A program made the position numbers and the translations under genes. A stretch of DNA of 64,000 bases. Source: Thermoanaerobaculia bacterium (GTDB lineage Bacteria > Acidobacteriota > Thermoanaerobaculia > UBA5066 > Gp7-AA6). Of the stretch, positions 1 through 9,747 are shown piece after piece (position 1 is the stretch's first letter; every line of letters starts with the position of its first letter). The stretch spans positions 356-64,355 of the forward strand of contig DATFQY010000198.1 in NCBI GenBank assembly GCA_035263845.1, written 5' to 3'. The notes beneath the pieces are model-generated. The model was not told the origin of the DNA and did not search any database. It saw only the letters and a program-made list of their open reading frames with translations.

Positions 1-1
1 G

Positions 2-880
2 TCTCAAAAGACGCTGACGCCGATCGAGAAGAACCTCGCGCAGGCCGCGGCGGTCACCGCGGCGCTCCCGAAGACGGACATCCCCGCCTGGGTCCTCGCG
101 GCGCCGCTGCCGATGGTCGAGGGGCTTTCGCGCGTCCCGGTCATCGTCGAGGTCCCCGGCGACCGCTTGCTCGCGAGCAAGGACAAGGACGCCTCCAAGA
201 TGAACGTGGACATCTTCGTCTATGCCATCGACAAACAGGGGCAGACGAGGGACTACCTCTTCCAGCCGCTCGGGCTCGACCTGACGCGCACCGAGGCGAT
301 GCTCGCGAAGGGCGGGATCAAGTACTACGGCGCCCTGACGCTGCCGTCGGGCGACTACACGCTCCGGACCCTCGTGCGGAGCAACGAGACGGGGCGCTTC
401 GGCGTGACGATCACGCCAATCAAGGTCTCCAACTCGAGCGAGGCGACGACCCTGCCGCCGCTCTTCGTCGAGGACGGCCGGCAGTGGATCATGGTCAAGG
501 GCAAGGGGAAGGGAGAGACCGACTCCGCGGCGGAGTACCCCTTCGCCATCGGCGGCGAGTCCTTCGTCCCGAGCGCGCTCGCCGGCGTCAAGAACGGCGG
601 CACGACGCAGGTCTGCGTCATCGCCTACAACTTTCCGGGCGAATCCAACGGCCTGCAGTACTCGGCGCGGATGCTCGGCGTGGACGGCAAGCCCCACGGG
701 ACCGCTCACCTGAAGCTGCTCAAGGCCTCGGATCGCGAGCGACAGGGCGCGAGGAAGCTCCTCCTGGAGTTCCAGCCGACGGGCCTCGACCCCGGCCGTT
801 ACGCGCTGGTCATGAAGCTCCAGGACCCGGGAAGCGGCAAGGCCGCCGAGACCATGTCCACGTTCGACGTCACGCAGTAG
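2..880 (+). CDS. hypothetical protein, C-terminal part (5' end outside window)
   Basis: The frame is open from the window edge to TAG 878-880, and the listed ORF 113..880 starts only at its first internal Met. Codon pattern is GC3-rich. No family recognised with confidence. Confidence 0.5.
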   Translation, partial: SQKTLTPIEKNLAQAAAVTAALPKTDIPAWVLAAPLPMVEGLSRVPVIVEVPGDRLLASKDKDASKMNVDIFVYAIDKQGQTRDYLFQPLGLDLTRTEAMLAKGGIKYYGALTLPSGDYTLRTLVRSNETGRFGVTITPIKVSNSSEATTLPPLFVEDGRQWIMVKGKGKGETDSAAEYPFAIGGESFVPSALAGVKNGGTTQVCVIAYNFPGESNGLQYSARMLGVDGKPHGTAHLKLLKASDRERQGARKLLLEFQPTGLDPGRYALVMKLQDPGSGKAAETMSTFDVTQ

Positions 881-905
881 CGGGACTCGGGACGCGAGAC
901 TCGAA

Positions 906-2438
906 TCATCGCATCCGGAGGTCGCGCCCGGTCATCTCTTTCGGGACGGGGAGTCCCTGGAGTGCGAGGATCGTGGGCGCGACGTCGGCAAGCGAGCCGC
1001 CCGAGCGGAGCGCCGACACGCCGCCGCCTCCGACCAGGATCGCCGGCACGGGATTGGTCGTGTGCGCGGTGTGGGGCTGCCCCGTGGCCGGATCGATCAT
1101 CTGCTCGGCGTTGCCGTGGTCCGCGGTCATCAGGAGGAGCGTTTCGGCCACGCGGCAGGCCTCCTCGATCCGGGCGAAGCAGCCGTCGAGGGTCTCGATC
1201 GCCGAGATCGTCTCCGCGAGCTTCCCGGTGTGACCGACCATGTCGGCGTTGGCGAAATTGACGACGAGGCCGCCGAAGGACCTTCCGCGGATCGCCGCGA
1301 CCGCCTCGCTCGTGATCTCTTCCGCGCTCATCTGCGGATGGAGGTCGTAGGTCGCGCCGCGCCACGACGGCACGAGCTTCCTCTCCTCGCCCGGGAAGGC
1401 CTTTTCGACGCCGCCGTTGAAGAAATAAGTGACGTGGGCGTACTTCTCGGTCTCGGCCAGGCGCAGGTTGCGGATCCCGCCCTCGGCCCACGCCTCCGCC
1501 AGGATGTGCGTCAGCACGAGCGGCGGAAAGGCGACGGGGAGCGGAAACTCCTTCTTGTACCGCGTGAAGCAGACGAAATGGAGGAAGGGAAGGCGTCCCC
1601 GCGGGAACTCGGCGAAGTCCGGCTCGGTCAGAGCGCGCGTCAGCTGCCGCGCTCGGTCCGCGCGGAAATTGAAGAACACCACGGCGTCGCCGTCGGAGAT
1701 CCCGCGGAACCTGGCGCTCTCGGGGAGCACGACGGTCGGCTTGAGGAACTCGTCGTTCTCGTCCCGGGCATAAGCCGCCTCGACGGCCTCCCTGGCCGTC
1801 GCGGCGCGAAGCCCCTCGCCGGAAACGAGGGCGGCGTAAGCCTTGGCCACGCGGTCCCACCGCGAGTCCCGGTCCATCGCCCAGTAGCGTCCCGAAACCG
1901 TGGCGATTCTCCCGCCGTGATCCGCCAACGCGGCCTCGAGGTTGCCGACGAACGCAAGCGCCGACCGCGGCGGAGTGTCGCGTCCGTCGGTGAAGGCGTG
2001 GACGAAGACGCGATCGACGCCGTTGTCGTCGGCCATCTTCAGGAGGCCGAAGAGGTGGCGCTCGTGGGAGTGGACGCCGCCGTCGGAGAGCAGCCCCAGC
2101 AGGTGCAGCGCCGCCCCGGGCTTCTTCGCCGCCTCCATCGCTTCGAGGAGGACGGGGTTGGAGAAGAACGATTCGTCGCGCAACGCGACGTCGATCCGCA
2201 GCAGGTCCTGCGGGACCATCCGGCCGGCCCCGAGGTTCAAGTGGCCGACCTCGGAGTTGCCCATCAGCCCGGCCGGGAGGCCTACCGCCTCGCCCGACGC
2301 TTCTAGCGCGGTCCACGGGCAGCCGTTCTTCCAGCGGTCGAAGGTGGGCGTCTTCGCCAGCGCGATCGCATTGCCCGGCGAGGGCGGAGCTTCTCCCCAC
2401 CCGTCGCAGATGAGCAGGACGACGGATGGGATCGTCAA
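906..2438 (-). CDS. gpmI: 2,3-bisphosphoglycerate-independent phosphoglycerate mutase
   Basis: This is the C-terminal 510 aa of shadow-extended ORF 906..6269. It carries VVLLICDGWGE, NSEVGHLNLGAGR, SDGGVHSH and ADHGNAE motifs and has typical iPGM length. The only in-frame start is TTG at 2438, overlapping the upstream stop as TTGA. Confidence 0.9.
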   Translation of the reverse strand: MTIPSVVLLICDGWGEAPPSPGNAIALAKTPTFDRWKNGCPWTALEASGEAVGLPAGLMGNSEVGHLNLGAGRMVPQDLLRIDVALRDESFFSNPVLLEAMEAAKKPGAALHLLGLLSDGGVHSHERHLFGLLKMADDNGVDRVFVHAFTDGRDTPPRSALAFVGNLEAALADHGGRIATVSGRYWAMDRDSRWDRVAKAYAALVSGEGLRAATAREAVEAAYARDENDEFLKPTVVLPESARFRGISDGDAVVFFNFRADRARQLTRALTEPDFAEFPRGRLPFLHFVCFTRYKKEFPLPVAFPPLVLTHILAEAWAEGGIRNLRLAETEKYAHVTYFFNGGVEKAFPGEERKLVPSWRGATYDLHPQMSAEEITSEAVAAIRGRSFGGLVVNFANADMVGHTGKLAETISAIETLDGCFARIEEACRVAETLLLMTADHGNAEQMIDPATGQPHTAHTTNPVPAILVGGGGVSALRSGGSLADVAPTILALQGLPVPKEMTGRDLRMR

Positions 2439-4378
2439 TTCCTCAGGTACGTGTAGAGGATCCGGGAAATCTCCGCCACGGCGCGGGCGTCGGCGAAGTG
2501 CCCGCGCGGCGTGTGCGGGGCGTCGCCGTCGAAGACCTGCGAGATCGATCCGAGGCCGGCTTCGCGGACGTGCCCGCGCAGGTCCTCGAGCCACTCGAGC
2601 ATGGAGCGGCGCGTTTGGGAAGAGTTCCCGAGGACGCGGAAGTGCGCGTCCGCGAACGCCCCCAGGAGCCACGGCCACGACGCCCCCTGGTGAAGGAAGA
2701 GGCCGGGGCCGCCGGACCTCGGCTCGGGCCGCGGGCGGTAGCGCGGATCCCGCGGATCGAGGGTTCGAAGCCCGAACGGCGTCAGCAGCCGGCTCCGCAC
2801 CGCCCAGTAGACGGCTTTCGCGCGGTGCGGAGGCAGCAGGTCCGGTGACAGGGCCGCAGCGAGGATCTGGTTGGGCCGCAAGCTCGAGTCCGATCCGTCG
2901 GGGCCGACGACGTCGTAGAGGAACTCTCCCTCCGGGCACCAGAAGATCTCGTTGAACCGGCGCGCGACGTGCCACGCCTCCGCCTCGAGCTCCCGGGCGC
3001 GCGTGCTCTCCCCGGCCAGCCTCTCGAGCCTCGCCGCGGCCTTCAACGCGGCGTGCCAGAGCGCATTGACTTCCACGGCGCGCCCATAGCGGGGCGTCAC
3101 CGGGTCGCCATCCTCGGAGATCGCGTTCATCCACGTCAGGGGCTGGCCCAGCGCTTCGCCGCTGATGAGGCCGTCGGGGCCGACGGAGACTCCCGAGATC
3201 AGGCCGGCACGATACGAGGAGAGGACGGAACGCACCGAGCCCAGCAGCGGTGTCGGCCGGCTCGGATTGCGCCGTGCGCCGGTGAACCAGTCCACGGCGA
3301 GAACGAGCCAGAGCGGCGCGTCGCTCGAGCCCAAGTCCGCTCGCCCGCGCTCCCCGGCCTCGCCCGGTGGGGCGAGCGCGGCCGCCAGCCGCGCGGCCGC
3401 CGCCCCAACGACGCGAGCCGCGCCCGCGTAGTGCGCGCAGGCGAGCGTGAGGCCTGGGACGGAAAGCATGTCGTCGGCTTGCGAAGGCGCCGGCTCCGGG
3501 AACCCGGCGACGATGGAGCCGTCTCTCGCGTCGCCGTCCACGAGGAAGATCTCGGCGCGGCGGGCGAGCTCGTCGAAGACTTCGTCCTCGGTGCGGCTGA
3601 ACGCCTGCCGCCGCTCCTGCTCGGCCCGGAGGAGCTGGGCCGGGTCCGTGGGGACCTCCTCGGGAGAGAACACCAGGTACGCCATTTCCCCTGGAGACAG
3701 GACCCAGTCCCAAGCCACCGGGCTCCAGAGGTTTTCGCCGTTCCCTTCCCACGGGACCGCGGCGGCCCGCGGATCGTGGAGAGCCCGGGCGCCCGTCCCG
3801 CGAAGGAAGAGACGGCCTGCCCCGGGAAGCTCCGAGAGCCAGGAGCTCTCTCCGTTGACCTTTGCCGCCGAGCCGGCGCGGCCCTTTTCCGCCCGGATGA
3901 GCGGCCGGGCGCGAAGGCCCACGGAGCGCTCGCCGCGGTTGGCGTAGCGCGCGATGGCGATCGGACGGCCCCGCACCAGGCAGAGCGAGCGCTCGACGGA
4001 GAATGCCCCGGTCTCGTAGCGCCAGGTCGGGAAGGGGTCCAGGGCAAAGCGCGCCAGGGGAGGGGCGTCGGGGCCCTGCGCGTCGGGCTCCTCGCGAAGG
4101 GCGAGGGTTTCCCCCGCGCACCAGACGTACTCTTCGCAGCCGGCCACCAGGGGAGGGAGCCGCCGGGATTCCCTCGTCCTTGCGGAGGGGGGCGAGTACC
4201 AGCCATGGTAGCGGCGCGTGGCGCCCTCGGCGCACCCGCACGCGAACCCGCCCAAGCCGTCGGTCTCGATCCATTCGAGGGAGCTGCGGCGCCCCGGCGA
4301 GGAAAGGTCCTCGCGCTTCCATTCGAGAGGGCCGCGATGCGGCGCGGCGGCGCTTTCCGGTTCCGGCCTGACTTCCAC
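2435..4378 (-). CDS. glycogen debranching enzyme family protein (amylo-alpha-1,6-glucosidase type)
   Basis: 647-aa ORF. The N-terminus EWIETDGLGGFACG...RRYHGW and the C-terminal (alpha/alpha)6-type region (NALWHAAL, QGASWPWLLG) match bacterial GDE_N/GDE_C proteins. Confidence 0.8.
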   Translation of the reverse strand: MEVRPEPESAAAPHRGPLEWKREDLSSPGRRSSLEWIETDGLGGFACGCAEGATRRYHGWYSPPSARTRESRRLPPLVAGCEEYVWCAGETLALREEPDAQGPDAPPLARFALDPFPTWRYETGAFSVERSLCLVRGRPIAIARYANRGERSVGLRARPLIRAEKGRAGSAAKVNGESSWLSELPGAGRLFLRGTGARALHDPRAAAVPWEGNGENLWSPVAWDWVLSPGEMAYLVFSPEEVPTDPAQLLRAEQERRQAFSRTEDEVFDELARRAEIFLVDGDARDGSIVAGFPEPAPSQADDMLSVPGLTLACAHYAGAARVVGAAAARLAAALAPPGEAGERGRADLGSSDAPLWLVLAVDWFTGARRNPSRPTPLLGSVRSVLSSYRAGLISGVSVGPDGLISGEALGQPLTWMNAISEDGDPVTPRYGRAVEVNALWHAALKAAARLERLAGESTRARELEAEAWHVARRFNEIFWCPEGEFLYDVVGPDGSDSSLRPNQILAAALSPDLLPPHRAKAVYWAVRSRLLTPFGLRTLDPRDPRYRPRPEPRSGGPGLFLHQGASWPWLLGAFADAHFRVLGNSSQTRRSMLEWLEDLRGHVREAGLGSISQVFDGDAPHTPRGHFADARAVAEISRILYTYLRN

Positions 4379-4472
4379 TGGCGAGGAGACATTCTCTCAG
4401 ATTCCCGGATCTTCCGATCCCGGCATCGAAATTGCGGCGTAATAAGATTCCAAGAGGACCGGGAGGGCGCCG

Positions 4473-6485
4473 ATGAGTACCGTTCGCAAGTCCGTCGATG
4501 AGCTCTGCGTGGACACGATCCGCACGCTGGCCATCGACGCGGTCCAGAAAGCGGATTCGGGACACCCCGGACTTCCCCTCGGGGCCGCTCCCATGGCCTA
4601 CCTCCTCTGGCAGAGGCACCTCCGGCACGATCCCTCGGACCCGAAGTGGCCGGACCGCGACCGGTTCGTGCTCTCCGCCGGGCACGGCTGCATGCTCCTC
4701 TACTGCCTCCTCCACCTGACCGGTTACGACCTGACCATGGAGGACCTGAAGTCGTTCCGGCAGTGGGGAAGCAAGACCCCCGGGCACCCGGAGTGGCTGC
4801 TGACGCCCGGGGTCGAGGCGACGACCGGCCCGCTGGGACAGGGGACTGCCAACGCGATCGGTATGGCGGCGGCCGAGCGGGCGCTCGCCGCGAGGTTCAA
4901 CCGGCCGGGCCACGAGATCGTCAACCACCGGACGTGGGCGCTCGTCTCCGACGGCGACCTCATGGAAGGAATCTCGGGAGAGGCGTCGTCGCTCGCCGGC
5001 CACTGGAAGCTCGGGAAGCTGACCTTCCTCTACGACTCCAACCAGGTCACTCTCGACGGGCCCGCCTCGATGGCGTTCACCGAAGACGTCGGGAAGCGCT
5101 ACGAGGCCTACGGCTGGCAGGTCTTGAAGGTTGAGGACGGCAACACGGACCTCGACGCGATCGACGAGGCGCTCGACGCCGCGGAGCGCGAGGCGTCCCG
5201 GCCGACGCTCATCATCGTCAGGACGACGCTGGGCTACGGATCGCCGCACAAGGCAGGAACGTCCGAGGCTCACGGCAGCCCGCTCGGCAAGGAAGAGGTC
5301 GTGTTGACGAAGAAGGCGCTGGGCTGGGAGTGGGAGGAGCCCTTCTACGTCCCGCCGGAGTCCCGGGAGCATTTCCGGGAGGCGGTGCCGCGAGGGAGGC
5401 ACTGGCGGTCGGAATGGGAGAGACGGTTCGCCGGCTACGAGAAGGAGTTTCCCGATCTGGCCGCGGAGTGGCGCCGCCGCCTGGCCGGAGAGCCTCCCGC
5501 CGGCTGGGACGAGGGGCTGCCGGTCTTCAAGACGGGAGAGAAAGAGGCGACGCGAACGGCGGCCGGCAAGGTCGAGAACGCGATCGCGCTGAAGATGCCG
5601 GAGCTTCTCGGCGGCGACGCGGACCTCGGCGTCTCGACCAACACGCCCTTGAAGGAAATGGGCAGCTTCGACGGCGGGGCCGGTGCCGGCGGGCGCAACT
5701 TCCACTTCGGCGTCCGCGAGCACGCCATGGCGGGGATCGCCAACGGCATGGCGTACCACGGCGGCCTGCGCGCGTTCGTCGCCACCTTCTTCTGCTTCTC
5801 CGACTACATGCGGCCCTCGGTGCGGCTGGCGTCGTTGAACGAGCTGCCGGTGATCTTCGTGTGGACGCACGACTCGATCGGCCTCGGGGAGGACGGCCCG
5901 ACGCACCAGCCGGTCGAACACCTGATGTCGCTGCGAGCCATGCCCGGGATGACGCTGATCCGCCCGGGAGACGCCAACGAGGCTCGGGAGGCGTGGCGCG
6001 CGGCGATCGGACACCGGGAAGGCCCGGTGGGCCTCGTGCTCTGCCGGCAGAAGCTGCCGGTCCTCGATCGCGAGAAGCTCGCTTCCGCGGCAGGGCTCGC
6101 CAAAGGGGCGTACGTTCTCGCCGAGGGCTCGAAGACGCCGCCCCGGCTGATCCTCCTCGCCAGCGGCTCGGAGGTTGCCCTGGCGCTCCAGGCCCGCGAG
6201 AAGCTGGAAGCGGAAGGTGTCGCGACGAGGGTGGTCTCGATGCCCTGCTGGGAGCTCTTCGAGCGGCAAACGGCCGGTTACCGCGACGAGGTCCTGCCGC
6301 CCTCCGTCCCAGCCCGCCTGGCGATCGAAGCCGGCGCGACGCTGGGCTGGAAGCGATGGGTCGGCGACCGCGGAGACTCCGTGGGGCTCGACCGGTACGG
6401 CGCGTCGGCGCCGGGCGAGATCGTCATGAAGGAACTCGGCTTCAGCGTCGAGAACGTCGTGAAGCGGGCGAAAGCGCTCTTATGA
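4473..6485 (+). CDS. tkt: transketolase
   Basis: 670 aa. Contains [43 protein letters not shown] and [15 protein letters not shown] motifs. Confidence 0.97.
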   Translation: MSTVRKSVDELCVDTIRTLAIDAVQKADSGHPGLPLGAAPMAYLLWQRHLRHDPSDPKWPDRDRFVLSAGHGCMLLYCLLHLTGYDLTMEDLKSFRQWGSKTPGHPEWLLTPGVEATTGPLGQGTANAIGMAAAERALAARFNRPGHEIVNHRTWALVSDGDLMEGISGEASSLAGHWKLGKLTFLYDSNQVTLDGPASMAFTEDVGKRYEAYGWQVLKVEDGNTDLDAIDEALDAAEREASRPTLIIVRTTLGYGSPHKAGTSEAHGSPLGKEEVVLTKKALGWEWEEPFYVPPESREHFREAVPRGRHWRSEWERRFAGYEKEFPDLAAEWRRRLAGEPPAGWDEGLPVFKTGEKEATRTAAGKVENAIALKMPELLGGDADLGVSTNTPLKEMGSFDGGAGAGGRNFHFGVREHAMAGIANGMAYHGGLRAFVATFFCFSDYMRPSVRLASLNELPVIFVWTHDSIGLGEDGPTHQPVEHLMSLRAMPGMTLIRPGDANEAREAWRAAIGHREGPVGLVLCRQKLPVLDREKLASAAGLAKGAYVLAEGSKTPPRLILLASGSEVALALQAREKLEAEGVATRVVSMPCWELFERQTAGYRDEVLPPSVPARLAIEAGATLGWKRWVGDRGDSVGLDRYGASAPGEIVMKELGFSVENVVKRAKALL

Positions 6486-6988
6486 AGATCGCGATCGGCT
6501 CGGACCACGCCGGCTTTGCCCTGAAGACCGAGCTGGCGGCGGCCCTTGTCGCGGCGGGCCACTCCATCGAGGACGTCGGGGCGCGGGACGACCGGCCCTC
6601 CGACTACCCGGACTACGCGCGAAAGGTGGGAGAAGCGGTCATCTCGGGAGCCTGCGAGCGGGGGATCCTCGTCTGCGGAAGCGGCGTGGGCGCCTCGGTC
6701 GCGGCCAACAAGGTGACCGGCATCCGGGCTGCCCTGTGCCACGACAGCTTCTCGGCCCACCAGGGAGTCGAGGACGACGACTTGAACGTGCTATGCCTCG
6801 GCGCCCGGGTGATCGGCCCGTCGCTTGCCGCCGAGATCGCGCGGATCTTCCTCGCGGCACGCTTCTCAGGGGCCGAGCGCCACGTCCGCCGCGTCGGCAA
6901 GATCAAGGCCATCGAGGAGGACTCCCGGCGCGGGATCTTCGACCGCCCCGCGTCTATCGCCATCGAATCTTCCCCCACACGGAGGTGA
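6482..6988 (+). CDS. rpiB: ribose-5-phosphate isomerase B
   Basis: [15 protein letters not shown]...[17 protein letters not shown]...LCLGARVIG, 168 aa. The ATG overlaps the tkt stop (ATGA). Confidence 0.93.
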   Translation: MKIAIGSDHAGFALKTELAAALVAAGHSIEDVGARDDRPSDYPDYARKVGEAVISGACERGILVCGSGVGASVAANKVTGIRAALCHDSFSAHQGVEDDDLNVLCLGARVIGPSLAAEIARIFLAARFSGAERHVRRVGKIKAIEEDSRRGIFDRPASIAIESSPTRR

Positions 6989-6991
6989 GCC

Positions 6992-8128
6992 ATGTCTGAG
7001 AACCCGTTGAGAAAGCTGCGAGAGCTCGGCCAGAGCGTCTGGTACGACTACATCCGGCGCGACCTGATCACGAGTGGCCGGCTGGAGACGCTGGTGCGCG
7101 AGGACGGCCTGGCGGGGATGACGTCGAACCCGACGATCTTCCAGAAGGCGATCGCCGAGACGGAGCTCTACGACGACGACATCCGGCGCCTCGGTCCCAA
7201 GGCCAAGGGACCGTCGGAGATCTTCGAAGGCCTCGCCGTGACCGACATCCGGTCGGCCGCCGACGTGTTCCGTCCCGTCTACGATTCCAGCGGCGGCGGC
7301 GACGGCTTCGTCTCGATCGAGGTCGGTCCGCACCTGGCTCGCGACACCGAGGGCTCGATCGCCGAGGCCCGGCGTCTCTGGAAGGCCTGCGGGCGAGACA
7401 ACGTCATGGTCAAGATCCCCGGCACCGCCGAGGGCGTTCCGGCGATCCGCAAGTGCCTGGCGGAAGGGATCAACATCAACATCACGCTCCTCTTCTCGGT
7501 CGAGCGCTACCGCGAAGTCATGGAGGCGTACCTCTCGGCCATGGAGGAGAGGGTCGCCTCCGGAGCGCCGGTCGGAAAGATCCGGTCGGTCGCGAGCTTC
7601 TTCGTCAGCCGCGTGGACACCAACGCCGACAAGAAGCTTGACGCGAAAGCGCGCGACGCGAAGTCCGACGCCGAACGGGAAGAGGCCAAGCGGCTGCGCG
7701 GCAAGCTCGGGATCGCCAACGCCCGCGTGGCGTACGAGGCCTTCGAGGAGGTCTGTCGCGGGAGCCGTTTCCAGGAGTTGAAGAAGAGCGGGGTTGCCGT
7801 TCAGCGGCCGCTCTGGGCCTCGACCTCGACGAAGGACCCCGCCTATCCGGATCTCTACTACGTCGAGGCGCTGATCGCCCCCGAAACCGTGGACACGCTG
7901 CCTCCCGAGACCTTCGAGGCGTACCGCGACCACGGCGACCCGAAGGTCCGCATCCACGACGACCTGGCCGGCGCCCACGAGGTCTTCGACCGGCTCGGCC
8001 GACTCGGCGTGGACGAGCCCGGGATCTTCCGCGAGCTCGAGGACGAAGGGGTCCGGAAGTTCTCGGATTCCTTCGACGCCCTGATGAAGGCCCTGGAGCT
8101 GAAGGAAAAAGCCGTGAGGGTCGCCTGA
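6992..8128 (+). CDS. tal: transaldolase (long form)
   Basis: 378 aa. Contains LGQSVWYDYIRRDL, GMTSNPTIFQKAI, VSIEV, VMVKIPGT and INITLLFS motifs. Confidence 0.95.
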   Translation: MSENPLRKLRELGQSVWYDYIRRDLITSGRLETLVREDGLAGMTSNPTIFQKAIAETELYDDDIRRLGPKAKGPSEIFEGLAVTDIRSAADVFRPVYDSSGGGDGFVSIEVGPHLARDTEGSIAEARRLWKACGRDNVMVKIPGTAEGVPAIRKCLAEGININITLLFSVERYREVMEAYLSAMEERVASGAPVGKIRSVASFFVSRVDTNADKKLDAKARDAKSDAEREEAKRLRGKLGIANARVAYEAFEEVCRGSRFQELKKSGVAVQRPLWASTSTKDPAYPDLYYVEALIAPETVDTLPPETFEAYRDHGDPKVRIHDDLAGAHEVFDRLGRLGVDEPGIFRELEDEGVRKFSDSFDALMKALELKEKAVRVA

Positions 8129-9747
8129 GCGATCCGGCCGAAGGGGAGCGCTCTCGGGCCGAGGCGCTCCAGTCGCTTTCGAAGGACCGCGCCGTCTCCC
8201 GCATCTGGGGGGGGGACGCCTCGCTCTGGAAGACCGGCGACGCGGACCGCCGCACGATCGCCAGCGCTCTCGGCTGGCTGACGGTCGCCGAGCGGATCGA
8301 GCCGCACCTGGCGGACCTGGCGAGCTTCGTCGAAGAGGTTCGCGGCGCGGCCGACACGGTCATCGTCCTCGGCATGGGAGGGTCGAGCCTCGCTCCGCTC
8401 GTCTTCTCGGACTCCTTCGGGAGGCGCCAGGGATACCCCGAGCTGAAAGTCCTCGATTCGACGGAGCCCTCGAGCGTCCTTTCCGTCGAGAAAGACCACG
8501 ACCTTTCGCGCTGCCTCTTCGTGGTCTCGTCCAAATCGGGCTCGACGCTCGAGCCCAACATCTTCTTCGACTACTTCTACGGCCGGGTCGAGAGCGCCCT
8601 CGGCGGCAAGGCGGGGGAACGGTTCGTCGTCGTCACCGATCCCGGCTCTGCGCTGGAGAAGGAAGCGGCCAAACGGAAGGTGCGGCGGGTCTTCGCCGGC
8701 GACCCGGACATCGGCGGCCGCTACTCCGCGCTCTCCAACTTCGGCCTCGTGCCGGCCGCGCTCGCCGGCGTGGACGTGGCGGAGATGCTGCGGCGGGCCC
8801 GAAGCATGATGCAGCTCTGTCGGAAGGAAGGGGAGGAAAACCCCGGCCTCCAGCTCGGAGCGGCGATCGGATCGGCGGCCGCCGCGCAGGGACGGGACAA
8901 GCTGACCTTCTTCGTCGGTCCGCCCGTTCCGCGGTTCGGGATGTGGATCGAGCAGCTCATCGCCGAGAGCACTGGCAAGGAGGGGCGCGGGATCCTCCCC
9001 GTCGAGGGTGAGCCGCCCGGACCGCCCGAGGTCTACGGGGCGGACCGCTTCTTCGCCGGCACCCAGAGGCAAGGGGAAACCGAGATCGCGGGCCGCCTGG
9101 ACGCGCTCGCGCGGGCGGGCCATCCTGCGGTGCGGTTCGAGATTCGCGACGCGCTGGACCTCGGCGCGGAGATGTTCCGCTGGGAGTTCGCGACCGCCGT
9201 CGCGGGGAAGATCCTGGGGATCAACCCCTTCGATCAGCCCAACGTCCAGGAGGCGAAGGACCGGACCAACGAGATCCTGAAGGGGGAAGCGACAGTTCCC
9301 AGTCGAGACTCCACCGCCGTGGATCGGATCCCCGTCAAACGGCTGCTCGACTCGATCAAGACGGGGGACTACTTCGCGATCACCGCGTACCTCCAGGATC
9401 TGCCGGAGACGGAGGAGGCGTTGACCCGGATCCGCGTGAGGGTCAGGGACCGGAAGAAGATCGCGACGACCGTTGGATTCGGTCCGCGGTTCCTCCACTC
9501 GACGGGCCAGCTCCACAAGGGCGGCCCCGACACGGGCGTCTTTCTCCAGGTCACGGCCGAGCCGGCCTCGGCCGTTTCGATCCCGGGCAAGCCTTACGGA
9601 TTCGAAGACGTCGTTGCGGCCCAGGCTGGCGGCGACCTGGCGGCGTTGCGCTCGCGCGGGCGCCGGGCGCTTCGGGTCCATCTCTCGAAAGACGTCGCGG
9701 CGGGTCTCCGGGAGCTCGACGCGGCCGTCGCTGGAGCGCTGTCATGA
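8125..9747 (+). CDS. pgi: glucose-6-phosphate isomerase (Tal-associated PGI type); start codon unresolved
   Basis: PGI/SIS-type sequence (RIWGGDASLWK..., VIVLGMGGSSLAP, FVVSSKSGSTLEP, GGRYSALS, FDQPNVQ) is readable in frame 1 from 8125. The first ATG/GTG/TTG in that frame is 8374, inside the conserved GMGGS motif. Only CTG 8125 (CTGA overlap with the tal stop) is available upstream. Confidence 0.8.
   Translation: MSDPAEGERSRAEALQSLSKDRAVSRIWGGDASLWKTGDADRRTIASALGWLTVAERIEPHLADLASFVEEVRGAADTVIVLGMGGSSLAPLVFSDSFGRRQGYPELKVLDSTEPSSVLSVEKDHDLSRCLFVVSSKSGSTLEPNIFFDYFYGRVESALGGKAGERFVVVTDPGSALEKEAAKRKVRRVFAGDPDIGGRYSALSNFGLVPAALAGVDVAEMLRRARSMMQLCRKEGEENPGLQLGAAIGSAAAAQGRDKLTFFVGPPVPRFGMWIEQLIAESTGKEGRGILPVEGEPPGPPEVYGADRFFAGTQRQGETEIAGRLDALARAGHPAVRFEIRDALDLGAEMFRWEFATAVAGKILGINPFDQPNVQEAKDRTNEILKGEATVPSRDSTAVDRIPVKRLLDSIKTGDYFAITAYLQDLPETEEALTRIRVRVRDRKKIATTVGFGPRFLHSTGQLHKGGPDTGVFLQVTAEPASAVSIPGKPYGFEDVVAAQAGGDLAALRSRGRRALRVHLSKDVAAGLRELDAAVAGALS

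Noticed and set aside
906-6269. 1787-aa ORF on the minus strand, the largest in the track
   Set aside because: Only its last 510 codons are real (gpmI). The rest runs antisense to or out of frame with the GDE-type gene and tkt, and is Arg/Pro/Gly/Ala-rich. That composition is typical of GC-driven shadow ORFs. The same reasoning rejects 799..2400, 1062..2306, 2969..4501 and 5330..6481.
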